Shown: positions 10,416-24,909 of the stretch, in pieces
Layout of the letters: every line of letters begins with the position of its first letter
Numbering within the stretch: position 1 is the first letter of the stretch
Assembly: GCF_009914755.1 (NCBI RefSeq)
Contig: NC_060928.1
Reading direction: 5' to 3' (one strand)
From: the human T2T-CHM13v2.0 reference genome, Homo sapiens
DNA length: 64,000 nucleotides
Notes under the pieces: generated by a model
Databases searched by the model: none
What the model was told of the DNA's origin: nothing
The model's input: only the letters and a program-made list of their open reading frames with translations
Position numbers and translations under genes: made by a program

Positions 10416-13211
10416 CTGTAAAATGAGAGTAAAATCAGTTTAGTGAGTTATCCATAGAAACCCACAGCCAGACAACAAAGCAGTCAGGTTATTGTCTCCT
10501 TCTACCACCTTTGCTGAGTTCTGGCCAACATATGGCAAGTTATCAAAGTCACACTGATGAACGCGAGCTTACAGGACATTGAAATACAGTATCACTTTTC
10601 TTGGTTTGCCACAGCAAATTTAGAACTAAAGAGTAGTTCGTTGCATACAATTGAATACTTTGCCAGTTGTGTTTATTGGACTTTATTTCACTGTTGGTTG
10701 TGAAAAGGATACTGGAACTTTAACTGGACTATCCTTTTGTAATCCAGAAAGTTGAATTCAGTCTTTGGACATCAGCTGACTGACAGATTGTATTACATGT
10801 TCATTCACACCACATATGGTGACCATGTCAGTTCTGCCATTTAAGCCCTGCTTTCCAGAGGTTGAAAATTCATTTGTAAAATTTGCTCTGGCTAAATAAC
10901 ATCTTCATTACATTCTTGAAGTCAGACAATTTGGTTTTACAAAAAATATTACTATTTAAATAAAATGGCATATTATTGGCTTAGAGCAAATTTTTAAAAT
11001 GTTTAGCACATGATCTCTAAAAAATGGCATTATGTATTCTTTTATACATTAAAATCAGAATACAAAGGCTTCATAAACAAAAGCCTTTACAATGAAAAAG
11101 TAAAAATCATAAAATTTGAGACAACATAAAACCAGAATAAAATCTTCAACGAAATTAGAGAAATCTTAAAGCATATGGGTCTTATATGAAACTTCATTTT
11201 TTTTGGAAGGGAGCTTTTAACATTCCTTCTGTTACTAAACTTCTTGAGTATATGAAAAGGTGAAGTCACCCTTTCAGAAAAATCTACTAAGGAATGTGTA
11301 GATACACAGTGAAGAGATAATATAACTGTCAATGACAATTAGTACACCAAGTGTAGAACATTCACAAATATGCAGGACATGATACACACTTATGCTTTCA
11401 TTTAATATTAATTACATATACTTATTTAAGTATATCAGAATAGAATTTGGCTTCGAAAGTGGAAATACCTAGCTAGAATAGAACTGCATGAACATGTAAT
11501 TTCCTGACATTCATTGATTTGGGCCATTATTTCAATATCATATTGGTATATTTTTAAATTTACTTAAAAGATACAAAAATGTTAACTTCATTAATCTTTA
11601 GCAACACAGCTATTAATTTATTATTAATTGAGATTGTAAGAAATAGTTGCCTTAGCCATTATATTGTTTGCCTGGAGCTAAAAAGCAGTATTAAATCAAT
11701 CCTGTGGCAGTTAATAGGTTAGAAAGCAAACTCAGAATAATTGAAATTGCAATAGCAAGCAAAGAGAAGATGATGATTCAGGGTAAGCAGGGATTTGGCC
11801 TGGGAGATGCAAAAATGTCCCTTTTGGTTACTATTCACCTTACCTCACAAGAAATACATTCCACATAAAGGGAGAAAAGAAAAAATAAAAACAACAACTT
11901 TATAACCATATACTTATGGACAAATTACTTTAAAGAGCATGTTTGGCAATGAAATAGGATGAATAAAATACTCTAAAATGCAGTATCAAGTACAAGATGT
12001 TGTAACTGGGTCTAATATTCTTCAGTTGATTTTGAAGTGATGGATTAAAAAAATTGCTTTTTCATGCTAAGACAATCAGAAACAATATAAAATTCACATA
12101 TTAGTCATGAGTTTTTAGTTTACATGATGATGAAAAGGAAACTGTGAGGTAAACAAAAAGCTTCTATATATGGGTACATACATTAATAAAGGCCCAATTT
12201 ATGCCCAAGAGTGTATTTAACACTTCTTTAACAAAATGTACAGTTTTAAATGTGAAGATTTTTTAAAGTTTGGGTTAGTTTGCCATTAACAATTTATGCT
12301 ATATAAATCACTCTACCTTTTAATGATTCACTAATTACTGGGCCACAGTGAAATTTATTTGAATATCATATATATGAATTAATATTTAATGATATGGCAT
12401 TGAACTCACCCATATAAATGTCAACTATATTAATCAATGGTTTATGAAACAGGTAACTTGACAAAGGCAGCAACAAGGTATTATTACACTAAATGAATTG
12501 GACAAAATACATACAACTGGCCAACACAGTCCCTCAATTCGTAGCATTATTCATTGTACTACTGTTGTTGCTATTTTTTAACAGCCTTTGAAAGGCCTCT
12601 TATGGTTTCCCATTATTTGTAATGAAATGCAAAGGTGGGGAGAAAGGTGACCACTTAATGCAGTTGTAAATAATAACTAGATATTGGTTGAAGAGCATTT
12701 AATAATGATATGATGGATTATTACCTGATAACACTATAACACCCAGGCTAAGTATGTAGCAGAAAACAAAATAAAGAATTGAAAAAATAGCTGGACAGTT
12801 TGATGCTGCAGATCACTGTTATGTAAACTGTATCCAAACTAAACTGGTAGTATTTTTGGCTGACAAGTGTTCCAAGTCTAAAGGGCCAAAGGTTACCAAG
12901 TGCGGCTTAATTGCTGCTCCAGTCCTTCCCCCTACATAAGACTGCTTAGCATTGAACAAGATTTGACTTTTGGGAACCTGGTCCTTTGAGACAATCTATC
13001 AAAGAAGGAGGTTGCAAAACTCAAGTAATTTCTTGGAGTAATATATACTTTATCTCCACTTTTAGAGAGTGACGCTTACAATAAAGAAATGGCTTGGCTT
13101 CTTTAAGCCTATTATTTAACAAACTTATTTTTACCATGGAATCATTTTGAGGGACATTTATTATGCTCTGATAGTACTGAGTGCAAGGTGCTCTGTAAAT
13201 TCTTGAGTTAG

Positions 13212-13610
<399 letters not shown>

Positions 13611-13779
13611 AATAATGGTCTTCTTTTAAAAATCTTGCATACTAGGATTCCCTATGAAAATGAGACCAAAAATAACTTATTCAAAGTTATTACTTTATGA
13701 AATATCAGTAATAAATTCTAGGTTTGAAACGCTGAGATCGTAAATGAGGGAGTATTTATTTCCACAACTCGTGCGCACC

Positions 13780-13956
13780 CCAGCACTTGACAGATGAGGC
13801 TAGTCCTGCACCAGCACTGACTGGTGGCCACTGCTGCCAGAAGCAGTCTTGTGAGGGGTTCAGTCACGGAGGCTCGGCAGCAGACAGCACCCAGGTAGAC
13901 TGCTAATGGCAGCCATAGGTGTAGAAGGAATCTGTGCCACACATTTGCCACCCCTG
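13780..13956 (-). mobile_element. hAT-Charlie MITE relic (MER102-like)
   Basis: Minus strand begins CAGGGGTGGCAAATGTGTGGCAC, a hAT-type terminus; GC-rich body; family from recall. Confidence 0.55.
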
Positions 13957-14067
13957 AACAATGAAGTTTTTCTAATTATTAGATTTTTAAAATTCCAGAG
14001 ACAAAAAAACAGAGACTACTTAAAAAGAAGACCAAGGGATAAGAAGCAGAGTTCCCAATGCATGTAC

Positions 14068-14110
14068 CTGAGAAATTCCTTGTAGCCAGCATAGTTGTCA
14101 AGATGGCACC
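14068..14110 (-). CDS. CAMK2D: CAMK2D exon 12 (43 nt): GAILTTMLATRNFS, calmodulin-binding segment with T306/T307
   Basis: tttttttcacag|GGTGCCATC...TTCTCAG|gtacat. Confidence 0.97.
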
Positions 14111-14491
14111 CTGTGAAAAAAATTAGAACACAAAAGTCAGTGTTGCCTATGCAAATTCTGGACCTAACAAATATAGAGTCTTTGATAACAAATCTTTTCC
14201 TGGCCCTACTTTCAGTTAGGGGATTTTTTATTGTTTGTTTTTGTTTTTTGGTTTCCTGAGAGTCAAAGGCCTTTGTCTCTCATGATGCTGGGACGGCCCT
14301 AGTGTGCGGGCCAGATTCTGATTATCAAATTGCACAGCTGTTTTCCACTGAAGGAAGGATCCACAGCATGTGTTGCCAGGATGATTCCAGCTTTTCACCA
14401 TAGTTTTGATTCTGGTGTATATTCCATTTCCCAAGAGCCCCAAAAAGAATAATGAGAGTATTGAGGTCTACATAATTGAAAGCCTTTGCTA

Positions 14492-14653
<162 letters not shown>

Positions 14654-14872
14654 CTAGAAGAAGAGGAGAAAAAGTAACTTAATTGAGAATATTTAAAACA
14701 CACTAAGTATAATAATGTCCCTGACTTCATCAAATATTTATTAATGGTGCTGCACCTGCAGGATCAACTTCTAAGTATTCAATTGCCAAAGTTACCTAAA
14801 AATAAAATTTTAGTTTTGCCAAGACTACTTGTGACCAAGATGCAACACTGACGTATAGAAAGTATAGAAATG

Positions 14873-15194
<322 letters not shown>

Positions 15195-15772
15195 TTAATA
15201 ATTTCTCAAATTATCTTTATTTTAATGTCTTCAATCACATTTTGATTGAGCTGCCTTTCATTTACTTAGTGCCACATTTATCACCTTAGCATTTGACACA
15301 TTTGGAAATTTACTGAAGTCTCCAGATCCCCCTCAAATTTCACACTATTCTTCTTAATATTTCTAAAATATATTCAGACTACTATGACCATTATTTTACG
15401 CCACTGAAACTCTACTGTCAGCTGCCAAACTTCATACTTGTTTCTAAAGTTGCCTAATGATAAATAATTGAACTTTGTTAAATCTTTTCTTCTGGGACAC
15501 ATTTAATTTTGGTGTTATTTTCTTAACCTTGTTCATGAGTATTGTTAATAATTGATATGGAGAATACTCATTCCTTTTGTTACTGCAAGCAATATTTATT
15601 TAAGAATCTATGCAATTCAGACTTTGCTACTGAAAATTGCATTTTTTCACCATCATAAAATTAATTTTCTTAAACACCTCGAGTCAAAAATTCATTCATT
15701 CTGAGTTTCATCTTTTTTTGCAAAGCTATTTTAAATCCATAAACAATATATTAAAGGAGAGCTTATTTTTCA

Positions 15773-15958
<186 letters not shown>

Positions 15959-18271
15959 TTAAAAAATAGACACACTCGATCAAACAGGGAAGAGTCAACT
16001 ACATGAATCATTCCCTCAAGTAGTGAATTTCTTCATAAATTTACTTTTTATATAAGTTAAGTTGTATCTAAAATAAATAAAACCATTTAGATCTATTCTC
16101 CCCCTCTATGTAGACAACTATATATATTAAAGAGTATCTGATAAGGGACCAACATATGTACTGAGCTGCATATCACATATGGTAAATACATTTTAAAATT
16201 CAGAAAAAAAGAACTTAAGAATCTTCTATTCTTCTCAAAGTATCTCTGCTTTGATCTGAAAATGAAATTTTATACAATCTTTCTCATAATTATTTGCAAA
16301 ACTTAATAGAAGCAAACAGGTTGCTACATGTACCAATGTCATCATGATATTATGCCAAGGTTCAAAATGAGGTATTATATACTTTCACAACTCATAAGCA
16401 GTAATAGCAGAGGTAATAAAACAGCTTCAATTCCTGTGCCAAAACTGACCTATTAATCAGGGCTACTTGGAGTGCTGTAGTGAGAAGAATCTGAGACTAC
16501 AGGAGCTTCAGCAAGATTTCATTTTAACCCTTCAAGAAGTTTAATCTGCCCAATTACAAATTTCACCAAAGTATATGAAAGTAATCAAATCTTATAACTT
16601 CCCATTACTAATACTTTTTTATATTAAGACTATATAAGAAAGCTACTTCTCCTTTCTTTACATGATTTTTTGTAGTGATAATTACTTAACTTACTTTTAT
16701 ATGATTAGCATATTTAGTAGAAATACTGTCCTTCAACGATGAAGGGAAATTTACACCACATTAGTTGCAAAATGATAGAATATCAGGTTATTTTCCCAAT
16801 TCATGAATTTGTATGGACAATCTTGAAAAATAAAGCCATTGCCACTGTGTCATGGAATTAAATTAGTCCATTTTTAGTAGTTTTAAAATGGGGAACTTGT
16901 GACTCACTGGCATAATAAAGCATGAGAAAAATGATATTGACTCTAATATCTGTAATTTTTGCCAGCTAAACAATTGCCATTTTTTAATTCCTGAAGCTTA
17001 TCTTTGGCAGTTGTAAAAGCTTGCTAACTATTAGGAGCTATTAAAGAAACACACGAGGCTGTTTCTTAATGTTGTACAGGTCTTCTGATAGCAAATGAGC
17101 GGTAGGTTCAGCATGAAGAAAGGTGAACATTTTCCTCAGTTCTCTAATTTTCATGAAAGCATTCCTCTAGGTATACCAAGCAGTGCATTTTCAGGGCTAC
17201 GTCTGCCCAGAGAGGGGCTGGTTCTAGTCTGTAAAGATGGTGAATGTGCTAGCTATTGCCATGTAAATAATAATTTGTTCCAATTACTAGTCTAGGAATA
17301 ATGCAATGCTTTGAAATTCAAAGAATATACATTTTTAATTCTTGCTGACACACACATCCATCTAAATAGAAAATTTTATCAGAAATGCATTGAAGAGTTC
17401 ACGAGACATTATAGAATATAATAAAGACATTTTATATCTTCTCCTCTCACTTTCACATTGAGCTTTCAACTTGTGCACAAAAGGTGAACCCAATATTGCT
17501 ACTCTGTAGTTACTCTACTTAATAACACATGGAAAGCATGCCCAGACCCTGCACATGGATTTCCATAGGGCTGTATGAGGGGAAACCTGAGAAAGTGGTA
17601 AATCATATTTACAAGAATATGTATCAAAGGAGAGCAAATTATATCATAAACACAAAGTTAAGCCATAAAGAGAAAGTAGATAAAGCCTTCCTCTTCAGAT
17701 TCTGAACTTAATTTATGAATGTATATATATATATCTACTTTCAAATATTCTAATTATAAATTAAATATATTATTAGAATTATGATTTTCAAATTTTTCAA
17801 TTGTGAAACTCATTCTTCAAATGAAAGCTTGCATAGTATCCCAAACAGTACAAAAACAAAAAACAAAACCCAGAAACTGGTATAGTGGGATAATGTTCTA
17901 TTTGATATGTGATCACAGCAAAATATTGTTGGTATATAATATAAAATTATGTGATAGATATTTGAGAATATAATTCAACTAAACAGGCAATAATCATTTC
18001 TATAGCAGAAATATTTTAATTTTTATGTTTTTAAAATGCACTAAGGTCCAAATATTTTGACAAAGTTCTTCCTCAGAGACTTCACATGGCTTTTCTTTCA
18101 ATCTTAGGAGACAGTGAGTTAAAAGGAAACGTAAACTGGATACAAATGCTGCATTTCTTTCTCCCTTTCCTTAAGAGAGAGGGAAATAATATGAGAAAGT
18201 GGTAAAAATTATGGTTAAAAGAAAAATGAAAAGATCTGGCTCTTGGTCAACAGGCAAAAGACAAACCTTCA

Positions 18272-18424
<153 letters not shown>

Positions 18425-20479
18425 TTAAGTCATATAGACAACAGTAAATTAAATGTGGCTGATCCACAATGATATTAAGCCGTAGTTGTTAAAACAGAGA
18501 AAACTGGATTGTAGGAAAACTTCAGAAAGATGTGTTATGATCTAGTCTAGAGCAGTCTCTGGAGGGTGAATGCTTCTCCTCCTATGCTCCAGAACTCTGA
18601 CAATGTGTCAGTCAATGCATGCATCAAAGAATTCTAAAGAGGCATGGCAGGGCAACATTCATTTAGGGCAACCTTCTTTGGCCCCCCTGAACTCTTGTCT
18701 ATAGAGGGTCTTACTGCATTCTTATCTATATAGAGACTATGATTTTAGTCACTGTGAGGTTGAAGTTTAAAAACTAAGCATGTTTTTTATTTCCTCATAC
18801 TTGTTTTGATGGTCATTGGGACATTTTGTTGAGTGATGGTGTCCTGGTTATAAATCCACGTTCTAAATAACCATAGTCCCTGCAAATGTGGGTACCCCAT
18901 AGAGACAAAACCCTTTTCTTTTCAGTAATCTTAGTCTTCAAATACTTCAAGCCTTCTCAGTCAAACAACTAAACCAACAAGACTACAGAAGAATATATAT
19001 TATGGGAGAGGAAAAAGGGAGAGAAGGGAGAAATTCCACAGAAAATTCAAAGTAATAATAACAATAAACACATGGCTGTAATAAAATTTGCTAAAATTTT
19101 TCACAAACATAATTATTTATAAATTAACCAAAATCTAATTTCACTTTTAAAATTAAAAAAATTCTGTATTCACAGTTTGTAAATTTCCCTGAAATCATAT
19201 CTGCAGTCTAAATGTCTGAGATTGTTTTGATACAGTGGTCTTCTCTGTCATCAAATATCTCTCCTGCCACTTTTCACGTATTTTATTGCCTTGCTTAAGG
19301 CCTTTGGTTTCTTTCCTAGCTCATTATCCTGGAGGAAGGCAGTCATTCCTCTGACCTCTCCTGTTTGCTTTTTTCTTGCTATGTTTCCTTAAGCCTAGGA
19401 AACCTGAGAAGAAGAGTAAGACAGGTGACACTTTGCCAGGTGTACCCTGAGACTTATTTTTTCCCTTATCCAAGGTGGTCTCTTGGTCTCTGTACCTAGG
19501 AGATCTATCCCTGCTCCTGTCCAGCAGTCTGGACATCTTTATACAATAGACACTGTAGCAGCTGAAATGGTTTTTAAGCAATGGTTTAATCATCTTAGAA
19601 TTTTATAGCCTGCTTCAGGAAGATACAGTTCATAAGCAGATTTTTTAAGTCATGTGAATCAATACAAGGATAAAAAATTTTAAACAACATTCTTAAGGAA
19701 AAAAAAAAGACCATGAAGAAAACCACAGTATATTGGTACCTCACCTTCATGACATAAAAATAATTTTTCCATACATCTAATGAAAATGATGATAGTAATG
19801 ATGATGATGAGTGTTTCTCTTTGTGTTCTCAGGAGGCAAGTAGAAAAAAAGCTGTACCTGAGTAGTTTTAGCCCTCAGCTATATAAGGTTCCAGGAGGTT
19901 AAGAAGAAAATTTGCTTTGTAATAGTGATAGTTTCCATTGAATATGAACATTTTCCTAATACACATCTGGAATTAGGCTGTTATAGAATTATGAAATAGT
20001 GGCTCAACTGAGACATTTAGCATTCTCAACATAGGCTGTTTGTCCTTATGAATTATGTCTGCAGTTGACAGTTGATGTGGTGCTTCTCTGGGAAGAGGAA
20101 GCTCACAGAGGGCTCATTCCATGAGAAAAGCAGGCAATATGTAATAGATGCCCACAATTTAGCTGTTTGATGGAGGAGTGTTTACAAAAACATGTACTTT
20201 AAATAAAATAATAGCATAAATGTGAAGATTAAAAAAAACACTTTTAGGCCCAAAGACTTAAAAAAAAAACATATTATAGGTGCTATTGACTAGCCTGATG
20301 TGAAATTGTCAGTGCCTATTTAAATAAACACCGTTTTGTAAGTTTACTTCAACTTGATTATTAAACAAGCATCTAAAACCTTTCTGAGTTATGCTATTTT
20401 GTAGTTCTATTTTCTGAATGTATAGAACAAGTATGAGACTCATGGCATAAGGATAATGTAATACTAATAAATTTTATTG

Positions 20480-20640
20480 TAGATAACATTTATTCAGAGT
20501 TATGTGTGCTTTAATGCATTATCTCATTTAATCCTTGTATAATGCTATGAGGTAGATATTGTTATTATCTGCATTATATTATAGATGAAGAAACAGGCTG
20601 AGAGATTAAGTAACTGTTTCAACCACAAGCAGGACAGACA
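20480..20640 (-). mobile_element. MIR fragment
   Basis: MIR core: tctcatttaatcct...atgaggtagatattgttattatc...atagatgaagaaacaggctgagagattaagtaact. Confidence 0.7.
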
Positions 20641-20862
20641 TAATGATGCTCTAAACATTCCCTGCAGCCACTTTTTCTTTATCTATGAACTTTAGTAGGA
20701 ATGATAATATAAAATTTAAAACTTTGTGTTGTCTAACTGAGAGACCTTGACATACTAGCAAAGATGTCCATTTGGTCCTATCTTAAATGTTCCTTGCAGC
20801 TACTTTTTCCTTTAGCTAGGTCCTCTAAACAAATGCTTATTTTAAAAGTGTTTGTTGTTCTA

Positions 20863-21179
20863 GGCCGGGCGTGGTGGCTCACACCTGTAATCCAAGCACT
20901 TTGGGAGGCCAAAACGGGCAAATCACCTGAGGTCAGGTGATCACGACCAGCCTGGCCAACATGGTGAAACCCTGTCTCTACTAAAAATACAAAAAAATTA
21001 ACCGGGCATGGTGGCACATGCCTTTAGTCTCAGCTACTCGGGAGGCTGAGGCAGGAGAATCGCTTCAACTCAGGAGGTGGAGGTTGCAGTGAGCCAAGGT
21101 CGTGCCACTGAATTCTACCAGCCTAGGTGACAGAGTCTTGTGACTCTGCCTCAAAAATAAAAATAAAATAAAATAAAAT
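20863..21179 (+). mobile_element. Alu (AluS-like), full length
   Basis: (AAAAT)n tail; TSD AAAAGTGTTTGTTGTTCTA on both sides. Confidence 0.95.
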
Positions 21180-21484
21180 AAAAGTGTTTGTTGTTCTAAT
21201 TGAGTTCTTGCCTCATGAGTAAGCCCAATTTATCTTTTTAATAAACCTAAATTTTACCTTTTTTCTATGTCAGAGAAAAAAGAAAGGAAAAAATCACTAG
21301 CTCTTTTTCTTTGCCCATATACCTAAAGTACTAAAATCATTAAAAGTCAATGAAGAAGTCTTTTTTTTGCGAGACCACTTGAGGGGTGATGATGTGACCT
21401 CCAAATGTTGGGTATCTCTCATGACACTAGCAGCCTTTTATGATTACTGCCTACATAATTTTACTGGGGTTGCAAAATAATGAT

Positions 21485-21778
21485 GGCTGGGCATGGTGGC
21501 TCACACCTATAATCCCAGCACTTTGGGAGGCTGATGTAGGAGGATCACTTGAGCCCAGGAGTTCAAGATTAGCCTAGCCAACATAGCAAGACCCTGTCTC
21601 TTCCAAAAATAGAAAAACTTAGCCAGGTGTGGTGGAATGCACAGCTAGTCCCAGCCACTTGGGAGGCTGAGGTGGGAAGATCACTTGAGCCCAGGAGTTC
21701 GAGGCCACAGTGAACCATGATCACATCACTGCATTCCAGCCTGGGCAACAGAGTGAGACTCACAAACAAACAAACAAA
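21485..21778 (+). mobile_element. Alu (AluJ-like)
   Basis: ggatcacttgagcccaggagttc in both arms; (CAAA)n tail. Confidence 0.93.
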
Positions 21779-21959
21779 ATGATGATACTCTAATTATATC
21801 ATGCTTTCTTTAGACTAAGAAAATCTTGCTCCTTATCCACTTGGTTGGCCTAAGATACAGTTCATATAGGAAAGATAGGCTATTATTTATTTATTTTCCT
21901 CTTTACTAGCCAGTTTTTAAAATAACGCATTGGCTCCCCAACATCCCCCAAAGGTTAGG

Positions 21960-22690
21960 ACTTCTGTTGAATTTTGATTATCATTATCAATTCCTGGATT
22001 TAAACTTACTTGATGTATTTCAATCTATTATGTTATTTTTCTTATTGATTCTCAATTGCCCCATCTTTGGCTAGTGCCAGCCTCCTCAAAGTGGTTCCTG
22101 CATCTGTTAATATAAACTCTGTGGTCCTTAATAGTTTTTCTTTGTGGTATGACAAGATGCTCCTGGATCATCTTGCTTTTTTCCTGTTCTAAACTTGAAA
22201 TCAGCTGCTATTACAGAAAGTTCTGGTTCCTTTTAATGGTAAATAGTATCTAGAGACCAAGATTGAGCACTTACATGTGCTGTCTTGGAGCTACAGTTTT
22301 CTTTGAAAAATAAATCAAGAAATAAGGAGACAGAAGAGAGAATGGAGCAAAAATTACAAATTAAGAATGACTAAGAGACCTAAGAGACCAAACAAGATTA
22401 TGACAGGAGAGGATAAATAGGAAAATGACTAGATATTTTGATGTTACTAAGCAATAATTATTAAAATTTTAAAACTAATATTACTGTCATATTTAGAGTC
22501 CTTTTCTTTTAGAGATATACTTTAAAATATTTATAGATGTATTGATACAATGTTTCAATTTGGTTAAGATAATATTGGAGTGGGAAATGAAAGGGAGGAA
22601 ATAGATGAAATAAGATTAGCCATCAGTTTATTATAGTATTCTCTCCATTTTATGTTTCACATGTTCCATGACAAACAGTTAAAACTATTT
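21960..22690. mobile_element. Old L1M 3' fragments
   Basis: ccccatctttggctagtgccagcctcctcaaagtggttcctg and atagatgaaataagattagcc resemble L1MC/ME 3' UTR pieces (recall). Confidence 0.45.
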
Positions 22691-23595
22691 TTGATAGAGT
22701 TGGTTCCATATACAGGTAGATATTAAAACTAGTTTTCCTTATCTTATGTATATATTTGTGCTTGGGAGATGCTAGAGATGTCCGGTTAATAAGACTTTTG
22801 AGAAGCACTGATTACAATTAGGTAGAAAGACTATATCATCGAGAACATTCAAAATTGATTTTAATAAAAGTTAATGTTAAAAAAGTTGTTAAACCTATAA
22901 TCTTGTTAATAATTAAACATTCTAAATGCTGTTCTTACAAAAGGAGAGATGAAGAAGGAATGTTGGAGAACTCTGAGAAGATAGTAGGAAGTTAATGGAA
23001 GAATCTAAGACAGTTACTGAATATTCTAAGTAAATAAAGGGGTACATTATAAACTTATAAGCAAAATGCATGTGGAACTTGGAAGTACACAATTAATTAC
23101 ATGAGTGATAAGTATGGCTCTCTCTTACCTTGTTGTAGTATGATTAATGGAAAATCATCATACATTTCAAGTAGAGAAAGTGCTCAACTAACACTCTGAC
23201 CTAAATGGCCAATGAAGGGCAGAACAAAGAGCTAGAAGATCAATGCCAGCAAGATAGGAAGGCATGTTTCAGAGGATGGAAACTATCTATGCCATGTAGT
23301 AGGAGTGGCAAACTGACAGGCCTTTTGGCAGCAGGCAGGGATGAAGGCCTGCACCTGTACTGTGTATGGGGTGGGGTGGTCACCAGGGCGGCAGCTGTGT
23401 TCATGTGTCTGACAGGTACAATTACTATAAAAGAGCAAAAGCATTGCATCACCTGTTCTTTTGATTATTTTAGAGAAGCAAGAAACTGATAGTTTTTATA
23501 GAAATTACTTGCTAATAAATTATAAAGATAAATAATTAACATCAACACTCATAAGAATAAAATGTCCGCATGTCTGACTAAGACAGCAGACTGCC

Positions 23596-23964
23596 TGCAA
23601 TGGAGAGAATGTTTGTACGGCTCTCAAAATTCATATGTTGACATCCAAATCCCAATGTGATGGTATTTGGTGTGGTGGGGCCTTTGGGAGATATTTAGTC
23701 CATGAGGATGGGTCCCTCATGAACAGGAACAGCACCCTTTTAAGAAGACGGCAGCTAGCTAGCTAGCTCTCTTAACTACCATGTGAGGATACAACAAAAA
23801 GTTGGCAGTCTGTAACCCTGAAGAGGGCCCTCACCAAAACCTGACCTGACTATGGTGGCACCCTGATCACAGACTTCCAGCTTCCAGAACTATGAGAAAG
23901 AAATTTCGTTGTTTATAAGCCACGCAGTCTATGTGACTTTGTTATAGCAGCCTGAACTAAGACT
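23596..23964 (+). mobile_element. MaLR solo LTR (MLT1A-like)
   Basis: aaattcatatgttg...cccaatgtgatggtattt...agacttccagcttccagaactatgagaaa...gttatagcagcctgaactaagac. Confidence 0.85.
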
Positions 23965-24202
23965 TCACCTGTTTGCAACCTCTGACATATCCTGTAATAA
24001 TCCTAAAAACTGCTCTCCTAAAGGAATCTGAAATTAGCTGTGGTAGTATTGCTTAGCTTTGGTGTTGCATCAACATCACCTGGTGCGCTTGTTAAAGTGC
24101 AAATTCCTGAGCCTCACCTCAGTGAATCTTTTTTTTTTTAAATTATGCTAAAAATACCTAACATTAAATTTAAACACATGACATTAAATTGTACATAAAA
24201 AA

Positions 24203-24561
<359 letters not shown>

Positions 24562-24580
24562 TTAGTACATAAAACAGATC

Positions 24581-24909
24581 TTTTTTTTGTTGTTTTTTTG
24601 TTTTGTTTTGTTTTTTAAAGACAGGGTCTCACTCTTTTTCACCCAGGCTGAAGTGCAGTGGCATGAACATGGCTCACTGCAGCCTCAACTTCCCTGACTC
24701 AAATGATCTTCCCGGGCTCAGCCTCTCGAGCAGAGTAGCTAGGACTACGGGTGTGTGCTACCATGCCCGGCTAATTTTTTCTGTTTTTGTAGAGGTAGGG
24801 TCACACTATATGTTACCTAAGCTGGTCTCAAACTTCTGGGCTCAAGTGATTCTCCCACCTTGGCCTCCCACAGTGCTGGGATTACAGGCATCAGCCACCA
24901 TGTCCAGCC
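24581..24909 (-). mobile_element. Alu (AluJ-like)
   Basis: Poly-T/(TTTTG)n, agacagggtctcactct ... gggattacaggcatcagccaccatgtccagcc. Confidence 0.92.

Noticed and set aside
12404-12456. TGG|gtgagt donor with possible 15-nt or 47-nt exons in intron 12
   Set aside because: The in-frame 15-nt option lacks a pyrimidine tract and the 47-nt option has a weak AAG acceptor; likely a pseudo-exon.
13718-13956. GC-rich patch after exon 12 as a relic of the CAMK2B/G actin-binding exon (one frame reads TASGSSGHQSVLVQ)
   Set aside because: No usable splice sites, only weak peptide similarity, and a hAT-type terminus (CAGGGGTGGCAAA) explains it as a MER102-like element.
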